Shown here: positions 22,387 through 34,100 of the stretch, one piece after another
How positions within the stretch are numbered: position 1 is the first letter of the stretch
How the letters are laid out: each line of letters starts with the position of its first letter
Source: Squalus acanthias
Lineage: Eukaryota
Direction of reading: 5' to 3'
Length of the DNA stretch: 64,000 nt
NCBI GenBank assembly: GCA_030390025.1
Contig: CM059432.1
Span: 80,850,001 to 80,914,000 of the forward strand
Notes under the pieces: model-generated
What the model was told of the DNA's origin: nothing
Database searches by the model: none
What the model saw: the letters and a program-made list of their open reading frames with translations, nothing else
Position numbers and translations under genes: made by a program

Positions 22387-23425
22387 GAAGTCTTCACACT
22401 GAGGACGCTCTCCATCGTGTTGAGTGGCACTACCACCATGCTAAATGGGATAGATTCAGAACCGATCTAGCAGCTCAAAACTGGGCATCAATGAGGCGCT
22501 GTGAGCCATTAGCAGCAGCAGAATTGTATTCCACCACAATCTGTAACCTCATGGCCCGGCACATTCCTCATTCTACCATTACCATCAAGCCAGGAGACCA
22601 ACCCTGATTCAATGAGGAGTGCAGAAGAGCATGCCAGGAGCAGCATCAGGCTTACCTAAAATGAAGTGCCAACTTGGTGAAGCTACAACACAGGACTACA
22701 TGGACGCTAAACAGCGGAAGCAGCATGCTATAGGCAGAGCTAAGCTATCCCCCAACCAATCCAATCAAAGCTCTGCAGTCCTGCCACATCCAGTCGGGAA
22801 TGGTGGTGGACTATTAAACAACTAATGGGGGGAGGAGGAGGCTCCATGAACATCCCAACCTCAATGATGCAGAGCACAGCACATGAGTGCCAAAGACAAG
22901 GCTGAGGCGTTTGCAACCATCTTCAGCCAGAAGTGCTGAGTTGATGATCCATCTCTGCCTCCTCCTGGAGGTCCCCACCATCACAAGCCAGTCTTCAGCC
23001 AATTCGATTTCACTCCATGTGATGTCAAGAAATGGCTGAGCGCACTGGATACAGCGAGGGCTATGTGTCCTGACAACATCCCGGCTGTAGTGCTGAAGAC
23101 GTGTGCTCCAGAACTAGCCGCGCCTCTAACCAAGCTGTTCCAGTACAGCTACAACACTGGCATCTACCCGACAAAGTGGAAAATTGCCCAGGTATGTCCT
23201 GTCCACAAAAAGCAAGACAAATCCAATCTGGTCAGTTACTGCCCCATCAGTCTACTCTCAATCATCAGCAAAGTGATGGAAGGTGTCATCGACAGTGCTA
23301 TCAAGCGGCACTTACTCACCAATAACCTGCTCACCGATGGTCAGTTTGGGTTCTGCCAGGACCACTCTGATCCAGATCTGATTACAGCCTTGGTCCAAAC
23401 ATGGACAAAGGAGCTGAATTCCAGA

Positions 23426-24205
23426 AAAAACAGAAAGGCAAAGTATTTCCTAAATGGTGAAGGATTGGGGAATGCAGATGTTCAAAGGGACCTGGGTGTC
23501 CTTGTACATGAGTCACTGAAAGTGAATGTGCAGGTGCAGCAAGCCATCTGGAAGGCAAATGGTATGCTGGCCTTCATTACAAGAGGATTTGAGTACAGGA
23601 GTAAAGAAGTCTTACTCCAATTATATAGGGCCTTGGTGAGACCACACCTGGAGTACTGTGTACAATTTTGGTCTCCTTACCTAAGGAAGGATATACTTGC
23701 CATAGAAGGAGTGCAACGAAGGTTCACGAGATTGATTCCTGGGATGGCGGGACTGTTGTATGAGAAGAGATTGAGTAAACTAGGCCTGTATTCTCTTGAA
23801 TTTAGAAGAATGAGAGGGAATCTCATTGAAGCATACAAAATTATTACAGGGCTTGATAGGATGGATGCTGGGAGAATGTTTCCCTTAGCTGGAGAGTCCA
23901 GAACCAGGGGCCACAGCCTCAAGATAAAGGGTAGGCCATTCAGGACTGAGATGAGAAGAAATTTCTTCACCCAGAGGGTGGTGAATCTTTGGAATTCTCT
24001 ATGCCAGAGGGCTGTGGAGGCTCAGTCATTGGGTATATTCAAAACAGAAGTCGATAGATTTCTGACCAGTAAGGGCATCGAGGGATATGGCGATAGGGCC
24101 AGTGAATGGAGTTGAGGCAGAAGATCAATCATGATCTCATTGAATGGCGGAGCAGGCTCGAAGGGCCGAATGGCCTACTCCTGCTCCTATTTCTTATGTT
24201 CTTAT
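23426..24205 (+). mobile_element. CR1 LINE 3' fragment nested in LINE copy 2
   Basis: QRDLGVLVH, LVRPHLEYCVQFWSP; tail CCTACTCCTGCTCCTATTTCTTATGTTCTTAT. Host LINE resumes at GAGGTGAGAGTG. Confidence 0.92.
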
Positions 24206-24387
24206 GAGGTGAGAGTGACTGCTCTTGACATCAAGGCAGCATTTGACCGAGTGTGGCATCAAGGAGCCCTAGTAAAATTGAAGTCAATGGTAATCAGGGG
24301 GAAAACGCTCCACTGGCTGGAGTCATACCTAGCACAATGGAAGATGGTTGTGATTGTTGGGGGCCAATCATCTCAGTCCCAGGACAT

Positions 24388-24495
24388 CTCTGGAGGTCCC
24401 GCATAGCTGGCTCACTGGCTTTTAAATGGATAAACTGCGCCTATGCGGAATTTTGAAGGGGCCGCGTGGCCAAAGAAAAATTAGAGGGAACATTG
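24388..24495. mobile_element. Single end of a probable hAT-type DNA transposon
   Basis: Non-LINE sequence ending TTAGAGGGAACATTG (reverse complement CAATGTTCCCTCTAA, hAT-like terminus from memory). Confidence 0.5.
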
Positions 24496-25599
24496 ACCAC
24501 TACTTCCAAGTCACACACCTGCCTGAATTGGAAATATTTTGCTGTTCCTTCATCGTTACTGGGTCAAAATCCTGGAACTCCCTACCTAACAGCACTGTGG
24601 GAGTACCTTCACCACATGGACTGCACCGGTTCAAGAAGGCGGCTCACCACCACCTTCTCCAGGGCAATATGAGATGGGCAGTATAAATGCTGGCCTTGCC
24701 AGCAATGCCCACATTCCGTGAATGTATAAAAAAGGGAGTGCCACATTTTACTTTTTTAATTATTCATTGCGAAATGCAGTCTGCATCCTTCAGTGGCTTC
24801 TTTCCTTGCCATCCATACCACCTGAAAGGAAAAAGGGACAGAAGCAATAGAGGACAGAGAAAAGCAAGAAGAGCTAGGGAGGGAGAAGAGGAAATAGGTG
24901 ATACAAAGAAATAGCAACACAACGACGACGGAACCAGGCTAGACAGAGACCATAATCGCTTACTTTCAGGGAGCAACGCCACAGAAGATTGACTCGCAAT
25001 AGAAATACTTAAATTGATGCATGTAAAGAAAAAAAACTGATTCTAACGATCTGTATCTTTGTCCCAATTCATTATTTGCACAGCAGTCTGCTGAGATGTC
25101 TTCAAATACCAAATAGAGCAAAAGGCCACTATCGTACTTGCTGATTTTTGCTGACTCAGAATTACTTTTCTATGAATATGCTGGTGTCCCAAATTATAAA
25201 CTGTTTTTCAGAGACAGTCTGCTTTTATGTGGAATAACTTACTCACCATCAGCCAGAGAGATGGGTTAATCCAGGTCATTTCAGTTTATGGGACATATAA
25301 GGGATTATTTTGCTTGATGATTTTGTTACACAGAAACACGCAGTGGAAATCTTCCTCCTCTGCGAACAAACAAAAAACACCGTACAGCAGGAAACCACGC
25401 TAAGGGTGTTGTTAATGCTAGTGAAGATAAATGTGAGTCAAGCGGTACAGATGACTGCAGTGAAAACCGAATGCATTTCTTTTCATTAGCGAGAAGGGAT
25501 CTATTCCACTTGCCTTGTGTTTTTCTCAGTGGCTCAAAGTTTGTAAACGAGAATGTGCTGCCTTAAATGGGGGGCGGGGTATAGTTAATACTGAAGATG

Positions 25600-26425
25600 T
25601 TAATAAATTTGCAGAATGAGTGTGTAAATGGCAAATTAATTTATTTTAGATAAGTGTGAGGGGGTACATTTTGGTAGGAGGAATAAAGAGGCCACATACT
25701 CCTTGGGAATTAAATCTAAATGGGATAGAGGAGAAAAGGGATGTAGGGGGGTGCAGATCGACAAATCATTAAAAGTAGCGACGCAAGTTAACGACCATAA
25801 AAAATGCAAACAAAGCACTGGGCTTCATTTCTAGAGGAATAGAAATAGAATTGAAAAGCAGAGGATGTTAAACTTATATAGAACCTTGGTTAGACCACAC
25901 TTGGAGTAGTGTACAATTCTGGTCACCATATAACAAAAATGATAGAGGCACTGGAGAAGGTGCAAAAAAGATTTACAAGGTTGATACCAGACTCCGAGGT
26001 TATGCCTATTGGGAAAGACTGAATAGGCTGGGGCTCTTTTCTCTAGAAAAAAGAAGGCTGAGGGGCCACCTCATAATAGAGATCTTTAAAATTGAGTGGT
26101 TTTGATAGGATAGACGTAGAGAAAATGTTTCCACTTGTGGGGGAGTCTAAAACTAGGGACCATAAATATAAGCTAGTTACTAATAAATCCAATAAAGAAA
26201 TCAAGAGAGTGGTTAGAATGTGGAACTTGCTACCATATGGAGTAGTTGAGGCGAATAACATAGATACATTTAAGGGGAAGCTAGATAAGTACATGAGGGA
26301 GAAAGGAATAGAAGGATATGCAGATCGGGTTAGATGAAGTAGGGTGAGGAGGCTCATGTGGAGCATAAATACCAGTACAGACCAGTTCGGCCAAATGGCC
26401 TGTTTCTGTGCTGTAAATTCTGTGT
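25600..26425 (+). mobile_element. Degenerate CR1 3' fragment
   Basis: GFDRIDVEKMFPLVGESKTRDH...FKGKLDKYM; CR1 tail. Confidence 0.85.
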
Positions 26426-28749
26426 AAAATATCAGGAAACCAGAAGGTGAAATCTGGATCTATTTGGTGAATATTTATGCTGATCACAGCAAATCAGTGT
26501 TTGAGAATAGGATACTTTTGCCTAGTGTCGCCATCAAATATCTTCAGCTTAGTACTATGACTATGACTCTATGACTATATATGGCTATATGCCATATAAT
26601 AACTCCCTTCTTTCAGCAAAGGGATAAATTCCCAGGTGTTCAGTTTTCTAGAAGGCTAGTAACTAGTTGAAACAGTAGTGCAGTTTACGTCAAATTAGTC
26701 GACCATTTTTTGACAATATAAGGAAATAGTTTGTGAAACTGTTAGGAAAATGGCAGTGAAGCCCATTAACTGGTGGGAGGATTAAATTGAATTGTATATT
26801 GTTGCAGTTTCTGATTACTTAGGAGGTCTACACAGGAAAAACACTGTCCAACCCAACCACTTCCTCCATACTCAGTAAATGTTTGTATGCGGCAAAAGTT
26901 AATTTGTTGATATTATGATTATTCCAAATACATTATTTGGCTTGGTCAGAATGGAATGGATATGCCCTTTTAATCTCTCATTTTGGATTCCTATGGTGTT
27001 GCACAAAATGTAAACATCTGTCATGAGTTCACCTGTTCAATTGGCAGCCTGCATGACTTAATCTATTCATTTTCATTGCATGCAGCTCAACACTGAGCAC
27101 TAGATCGTGAAATTTACCCCTTTTATGAAAGCATTTATGAAGAAACATTATTTCCACCATGGCTATTTGTCAAGTTAGTTTTGTTTTCTGACTTTTGAAG
27201 GTTGATTTACCATAGGTGTGACCATTCATCTACAGTCGCCAGCAAATTTTCTTTTAAATCTTGAAATTTATGGCATGATATTTTCTAGGTGTTCATGCAC
27301 AATGAACAATGTTTTTTTGAATGCTTCAAAAGTGTTATAGAATTAGCATAATAGGATTCCATACCATGTTACATTAACAATGACAAAATGAAAGCCTTCA
27401 CGATAGAGATACTCAAGCAAATTAAATGTGCACTGTGTATGCAACGTCCAAATTTTAAAACCGCAGCCACGATGTTTTTATGATACCTGCAGTTGGCAGA
27501 TGCAGGTTACAAAATTGCCGTGTGCTGAATTTTGTGATGTATGATTTGGCTGGGGAAAAGAAGCAGTACTGCAGGTATGGCCACACCTAATGTAAATTGT
27601 TTGAATACTAAATTTCATAACTGAGCAAAGCTCCACCGTCCCCTCCCCCAGCCTGCACCTGGCCGTATGAAATGCATGCACGACAGCCCCACCACTTTAA
27701 CGTAACAGTGAAAGCAATGTTGCTGTTATTGGAGGTGGTGATGCACTAAGTGAGCATCTACCTTCTTCTACATTTAACATTTTGCATTGCTGTTTTGCAA
27801 AAGTTTTCACTTTGCTGCAGTCTTTTTCATTTACTGCTGCATTACAAGTTTCAGCCAAAACTGAGGATGAGGATCTCTTTGGATGTTCCTGCTGTGCTGA
27901 ATGAATTGAAGTTGGATGAGAAGGACAATTCCGAGGCGGCAGCACCACAAACCTATTTGTCAGACCTTGATTCAGAACACACTCTCATGATTACCCAAGA
28001 ACTCTTCCCATTTCCACTCCTCTCACCCTCTTCCTCTTCCCTGTAATAAATCATCATCCTTAACATTAGCAAGACCACTTTACTTGTGTCTCAGCAAGAC
28101 TATTCCTCTTCATAACACTGTTGTTATACCTGCTTTACAGATGTAGAAACGGTCAGAACAGATTACTGTACTTGTATTACTTTGTGGAAATTGAAAGATG
28201 ATCATCAGTACTGTGCATTTTCAGAGACAATGCCCACCTGAATGAGTTTTTGAACATTTGTAAACGACAGTTGATTTGGCAACATGTATACATTCTGTGA
28301 AGTAAAGTGAAGGTATTTAAAATCAACAGGATGGTTTATTGAAATACAATACGTGTAATCTGTTAAACTAAAGAAAGATGTAAAGGTAAATTCAGCAACC
28401 CCACCCTTCAAGCTGGTAGCCACACACTAGTGCATTTGAAAGTGTTGTAGCTCTGTCTCCGATCCACGCTCCCTTTGAGCATAGCTTCTTGCTGGGAGTG
28501 GGGATTGCTGAAATGGTATTAATTTACTCTTTTGGGATGATTGCCTCATGCCTAAAATTGGACTGCTTTTCAGGCATCTACATTATCAAAACCGTGGCCA
28601 TGTATCACTCCATTTTCAAAAGCCTGCTATGGGTTTTGTGTGTGCACGTGCACAGTGCCAGCATTTGGTGAATATGTTTTTGGTTATTTCTTGGTCTCCT
28701 GGGAATCTGACTGGTCTACATAGCCTTGGAATATTGACTAGCAATGACA

Positions 28750-28933
28750 AGTTTCATTTATATGCTTTAATGTAAAAGACAAAAGGCATTTCACAGATGG
28801 GTGTATGGAAAATTGATGCTGAGCCAAGAAAGGAGAGAATAAGTTTGGTTCAAGAGATGGATTTTTGTGGAGGTTTTTAAAGGAAGAGAGAAGTGGAGAA
28901 GCAGTGGTTTAGGGAGGGAATTTCAGAGACTAG
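28750..28933 (-). mobile_element. Old L2 fragment, continues at 37337-37500 after the Harbinger insertion
   Basis: Joined flanks are collinear with the L2 at 8720-9100 (GGTTTAGGGAGGGAATT...). Confidence 0.65.
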
Positions 28934-29454
28934 GGCCGCAAATTTAATTGACCCTAGAGGGCGGGTTTGGAGGCAGGTCTGTTGCGAAAATTGGAAGAAT
29001 TGCTGGCAGGCTACGAACCCGCCTCCATGCGGCTTTCGCGAGTGTCGGGTCAGCCGCTCCCGAACTGACCCGACACCAAATGGCGGGAGAGGCAGTTAAG
29101 GCGTTTAATAGCTTGTTAACTGCCTGGATAATCATAACTGCCTGTTGGGATTTTGCAGGTTTTTCAGCATGCTGCCCGCCTTCACAAAAACACGCCAGCT
29201 GAATCGAGCCGGGTTGAGCGAGGACCTGAATTGTTGTCAGCTGGCCGAACAGCTTAAAAGCGGCCCTGCAATCTCTCATTCTTTCACATGCCACAACTTA
29301 GTGCTTTGAGGTTTGGGAGACATTTTTCAGCTTTACTAATCTTGAGTGTTGAAGCTGAAATCCAAGTGCAGTGTGAGCTCCTTGGAATACCCTCTGGCCC
29401 CTTTGCCTGAGCGCAAACAACCTCCATTCCTCGACTGAGATATATACCAGCAGT

Positions 29455-30468
29455 ATGGGAACCATTTATATCTTCTCATCCTGGTCGTCAGATTCGGAGG
29501 AAGAGCAGTCGTGGCAGCAGCACAACCAGGCACAGCAGGAGCACCAACCTTCTCCTCGGCCAGCTGATGCTGCACAGGGCAGAGGGCGTCAGCGCAGGGC
29601 TGCACCTCGCTGCAGGAGATACCCCCAACACAGGGTTTACAGGCATAGGATGAGCTTCCTCAGCATGAGTGAGCAGCAGTGCCAAAGGAGGCGGAGACTT
29701 CTGCGAGACGTAGTCGCTGACATCTGCGCAATGTTGCACCATCACCTGGAGCCCAGAGGAGCATGTGGACACTCCTTACCAGTGGCTGTCAAAGTCACCA
29801 CTGCACTCAACTTCTTTGCTTCAGGCTCCTTCCAGGGATCAGATGCAGACATCAGTGGCATCTCCCAGTCGGCCGCACACGCCTGCATCAAGCAGGTTAC
29901 CGATGCCCTCTTTGTAAAGGCGCACAATTACATCCACTTTTCCACGGCTGAAGCAAGTGTAACTGTGCGTGTGGTTGGCTTTGCAAATATGGCAGGCTTC
30001 CCAAGGGTGCAGGGCATCTTAGACTGCAGACATGTGGCCATTAGGGCACCCCATCACAACCCAGCTGTTTTTGTCAACCGCAAGGGATTCCATTCCCTTA
30101 ACGTCTAGCTGCTGTGTAACCACAGGAAGATCATCATGCATGTTTGCTCAAAGTACCCTGGCAGTTGCCATGACTCGTTCATCCTGCGGCAGTCTACTGT
30201 GCCTCAGCTCTTCAATCCGCCAACCCAAATTTCTGGATGGCTACTTGGTGACGAGGGCTATCCCCTGAAAAAGTAGCTCATGACACCGATGAGGCCATCA
30301 AACGAGGCTGAGGAGTGGTACAATATGAGCCACATTTCCACCAGAAGCATCATAGAGCAAACCATCGGCTTGCTCAAAATGCGATTCAGATGCCTCGACA
30401 GCTCTGGTGGAGCCCTGCAGTACGCACCAGCCAGGGTGTCCAGAATCATCATCGTCTGCTGTTCCCTC
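29455..30468 (+). pseudogene. Harbinger (HARBI1-like) DDE transposase, two premature stops, C-terminally truncated
   Basis: One frame: [73 protein letters not shown]. Stops at 30106-30108 and 30274-30276. Confidence 0.93.
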
Positions 30469-31164
30469 AGAGGCTGCAGGTTCCTCTGCGGAGTCATCCA
30501 GCTCTTCCTCCTGGACAGTGGAGAGGGGGGCTCTCGATGGTCCTGTGGGAGAGTAAAGGCATGAGTTAGACATCTGATTTTTAGGTAGCCGACACATCCT
30601 ATTGTGCAGTTGATCCAAAGTCAATCTCTATGAACATCATATGCCATTGCAGTCAATCATGAAATCTAAATGCGAGGATTGAAAATCTATTCTGTCACCA
30701 GCTTTGTCCAGTGCGCCCATCTCTCTGTCCCCCACTTCCAGCTCCTCGCCACCTCCCACGATCTCGTGCGCAGCCTCCTCAGCACTTGTCAACGTCGCCA
30801 GAGATGGTGGGCCTCCTCCTGTCTTCGCTCTCTCCCTCTTATTGTGGGCTATCTTTTCCTGCAAGAAGGGACACAAGTGGAGTTTCAGCAAGAGTGATGG
30901 AGTGACTGTGAAGAATCCATAACATTGAAGCTTAGAGGGAGACCAAGATGGAATGAGTTTCCAAGAGGAAGCTGCCTCCCTGTGCATTGTTAGTTGTTGT
31001 CATTGCATAACAATGAGAGTGAGTGTGAGGGGTGCATAGTAGGATGGTGAAGTGATTCAGTACAGAGAGAGAGATGGATAGGTAAGGGTGCAAGGGAAGT
31101 AAGGGTAAGGTGGGATGTGGAGGAGCAGGCTTACAAAGCAGAGTGCTGATGATGAGAAGAGAAG

Positions 31165-34100
31165 GGAAAAATAGGAGCAGGAGTAGGTAATTCGGCCCTT
31201 CGAGCCTGCTCCGCCATTCAACATGATCATGGCTGATCCTCCATCTCAATATCATATTCCCGCTCTCTCCCCATACCCCTTGATGCCTTTTGTGTCTAGA
31301 AATCTAGCTATCTCCTTCTTCTTAAATATATTCAGTCACTTGGCCTCCACAGCCTTCTGTGGTAGAGAATTCCACAGGTTCACGACCCTCTAAGTGAAGA
31401 AATTTCTCCTCATCTCAGTCCTAAATGTCCTACCCCTTATCCTGAGACTGTGACTGCTTGTTCTAGACCCCCCCCCCCCCCCAGCCAGGGGAAACATCCT
31501 GCATCCAGTATGTCTAACCCTGTCAGAATTTTATACATTTCAATGAGATCCCCTCTCATTCTTCTAAACTCTAGTGAATACAGGCCTAGTCGACCCAGTC
31601 TCTCCTCATACGACAGTCCTGCCATCCCAGGAATCAGTGAACCTTCGCTGCACTCCCTCTATGGCAAGTATATCCTTTCTTAGGTAAGGAGACCAAAACT
31701 GCACACAGTACTCCAGGTGTGGTCTCACCAAGGCCCTGTATAACTGTCGTAAGACATCCTTGCTCCTGTACTCAAATCCTCTTGCAATGAAGGCCAACAT
31801 ACCATTTGCCTTCCTAACTGCCTGCTGCACCTGCATGTTTGATTTCAGTGACTGGTGTACAAGGACACCCAGGTCGCTTTTGTATATCAACATTTCCCAA
31901 TCTATCACCATTTAAATAATACTCTGCCTTTCTGTTTTTCCAACCGAAGTGGATAACTTCACATTTATCCACGTTATACTGCATCTGCCATGTATTGCCC
32001 ACTCACTCAACTTGTCTAAATCGCCTTGAAGCTTCTTTGATCCTCCTCACAACTTACAATCCCAGCTAGTTTCGTGTCGTCAGCAAACTTGGAAATATTA
32101 CATTTGGTTCCCTCATCCAAATCATTGATATATATTGTGAATAGCTGAGGCCCAAGCACTGATCCCTGCGGTACCCCACTAGTCACCGCCTGCCACCCCG
32201 AAAAAGACCCATTTATTCCTACTCTCTGTATCCTGTCTGTTAACCAATTTTCAATCCATGCCAGTATATTACCCCCAATCCCATGTGCTTTAATTTTGCA
32301 CACTAACCTCTTATGTGGGACTTTATCAAATGCCTTCTGAAAATCCAAATACAGCACATCCACTGGTTCTCCCTTATCTATTCTACCAGTTACATCCTCA
32401 AAAAACTCCAGTAGGTTTGTCAAACACGATTTCCCTTTCATAAATCCATGTTGACTTTGTCTAATCCCGTTAATATTTTCTAAGTGTTCTGTTATCACAT
32501 CCTTTATAATAGACTCTAGCATTTTTCTTACTACTGATGTTAGGCTAACCGGTCTGTAGTTCCCTGTTTTTTCTCTCCCTCCTTTTTTAAATAGTGGGGT
32601 TACATTTGCAATCTGCAGGAACTGTTCCATAATCTATAGATTATGGAAGATGACAACCAATGCATCCACTATTTCCATGGCTACCTCTTAGTACTCTGGG
32701 ATGCAGATTATCAGGCCCTGGGGATTTATCAGCTTTCAGTCCCATTAGTTTCTCCAGCACACTTTTTTTTACTAATACTAATTTCCTTTAATTCCTCCTT
32801 CTCACTAGACCCTTGGTTCCCTAGCATTTCTGGGAAGTTATTTGTGTCCTCTTCCGTGAAGACAGAACCAAAGTATTTGTTTAATCGCTCTGCCATTTCC
32901 TTGTTCCCCATTATAAATTCTCCTGTTTCTGACTGTAAGGGACCTACATTTGTCTTCACTACTCTTTTTACGTACTTGTAGAAGCTTTTACAGTCTGCTT
33001 TTATGTTCCTTGCAAGTTTACACTCGTACTCTATTTTTCCCCTCTTAATCAATCTCTTGGTCCTTTATTGCTGAACTCTAAACTGCTCCCAATCCTCAGG
33101 CTTGCTACTTTTTCTGGCAACTTTATATGACTCCTCTTTGGATCTAATACTATCCTTAATTTCTTTTGTTAGCCATGGTTGGGCCGCTTTTCCTTTTGTG
33201 TTTTTGTGCCAGAAAGGAATGTATAACTGTTGCAATTCATGCATTCGTTCCTTAAATGTTAGCCATTGCCTATCCACCATCATACCTTTTAATGAAGCTC
33301 CCCAATCTATCATAGCCAACTGACTCCTCATACCATCGTAGTTTCCTTTGTTTAGATTTAGGACCCTAGTTTTGGATTGGACTCCTTAGAATTCTTGATT
33401 TAAAATGGAAAGTTATCATGTTATGGTCACTCTTCCCTAAAGGACCCCGCACAACAAGATTATTAACTAACCCCATCTCATTGCACAATACCCAATCTAG
33501 GATAGCCTGTTCCCTAGTTGGCGCCTCAATGTACTGGTATAAAAAACCATCTCGTACACACTTCAGGAATTCACCCTCCACAGTATTATTGCTAATTTGG
33601 TTTGGCCAGTCTATATGTAGATTAAAGTCACCCATGATTACTGTAGTACCCTTGTTACATGCATCTCTAATTTCCTGTTTGAAGCCTTCCCCTACATTAC
33701 CACTACTGTTTGGAGGCCTATAGACAACTCCCGCCAATGTTTTCTGCCCCTTTGGTGCTTCTTAGCTCCATCCTGCCCCTTGGTGCTTCTTAGCTCCACC
33801 CAGACTGATTCTGCATCTTGATTTTCTGAGCCAATATCCTTTCTCACTATTGCTCTGATTTCATCCTTTACTAACAAGGCCACCCCACTCCTTTTCCTTT
33901 TCTCCTGTCCTTCCTAAATATCGAATATCCTTGGATATTCAGCTCCCAGCCTTGGTCACCCTGCAGCCATGTCTCCATAATCACAATTATATCGTATCCG
34001 TTTACATCTATTTGCGCTGTTAATTTGTCTACCTTATTACGAATGCTTTGTGCGTTCAGATACAGTGCCTTTAGATTTGTCTTATTACCATTTTTTCTTA

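Larger units (their letters stand above)
19238..24732 (+). mobile_element. Single-ORF LINE copy 2 with tRNA-derived head, split by five nested insertions
   Basis: Segments 19238-19487, 20988-21695, 22387-23425, 24206-24388 and 24496-24732 are collinear with copies 1 and 3. A box TAGCATAGTGG 19246-19256, B box GAGTTCAAATCCC 19289-19301. Confidence 0.85.

Noticed and set aside
23063..24115. 350-aa ORF, the longest in the window
   Set aside because: Chance in-frame fusion of the host LINE RT N-part with a nested CR1 3' fragment at about 23425. It lacks the catalytic RT core.
29455..30468. Domesticated host HARBI1 gene
   Set aside because: Premature stops, truncation, and flanking TIRs/TSD show a decayed transposon copy.
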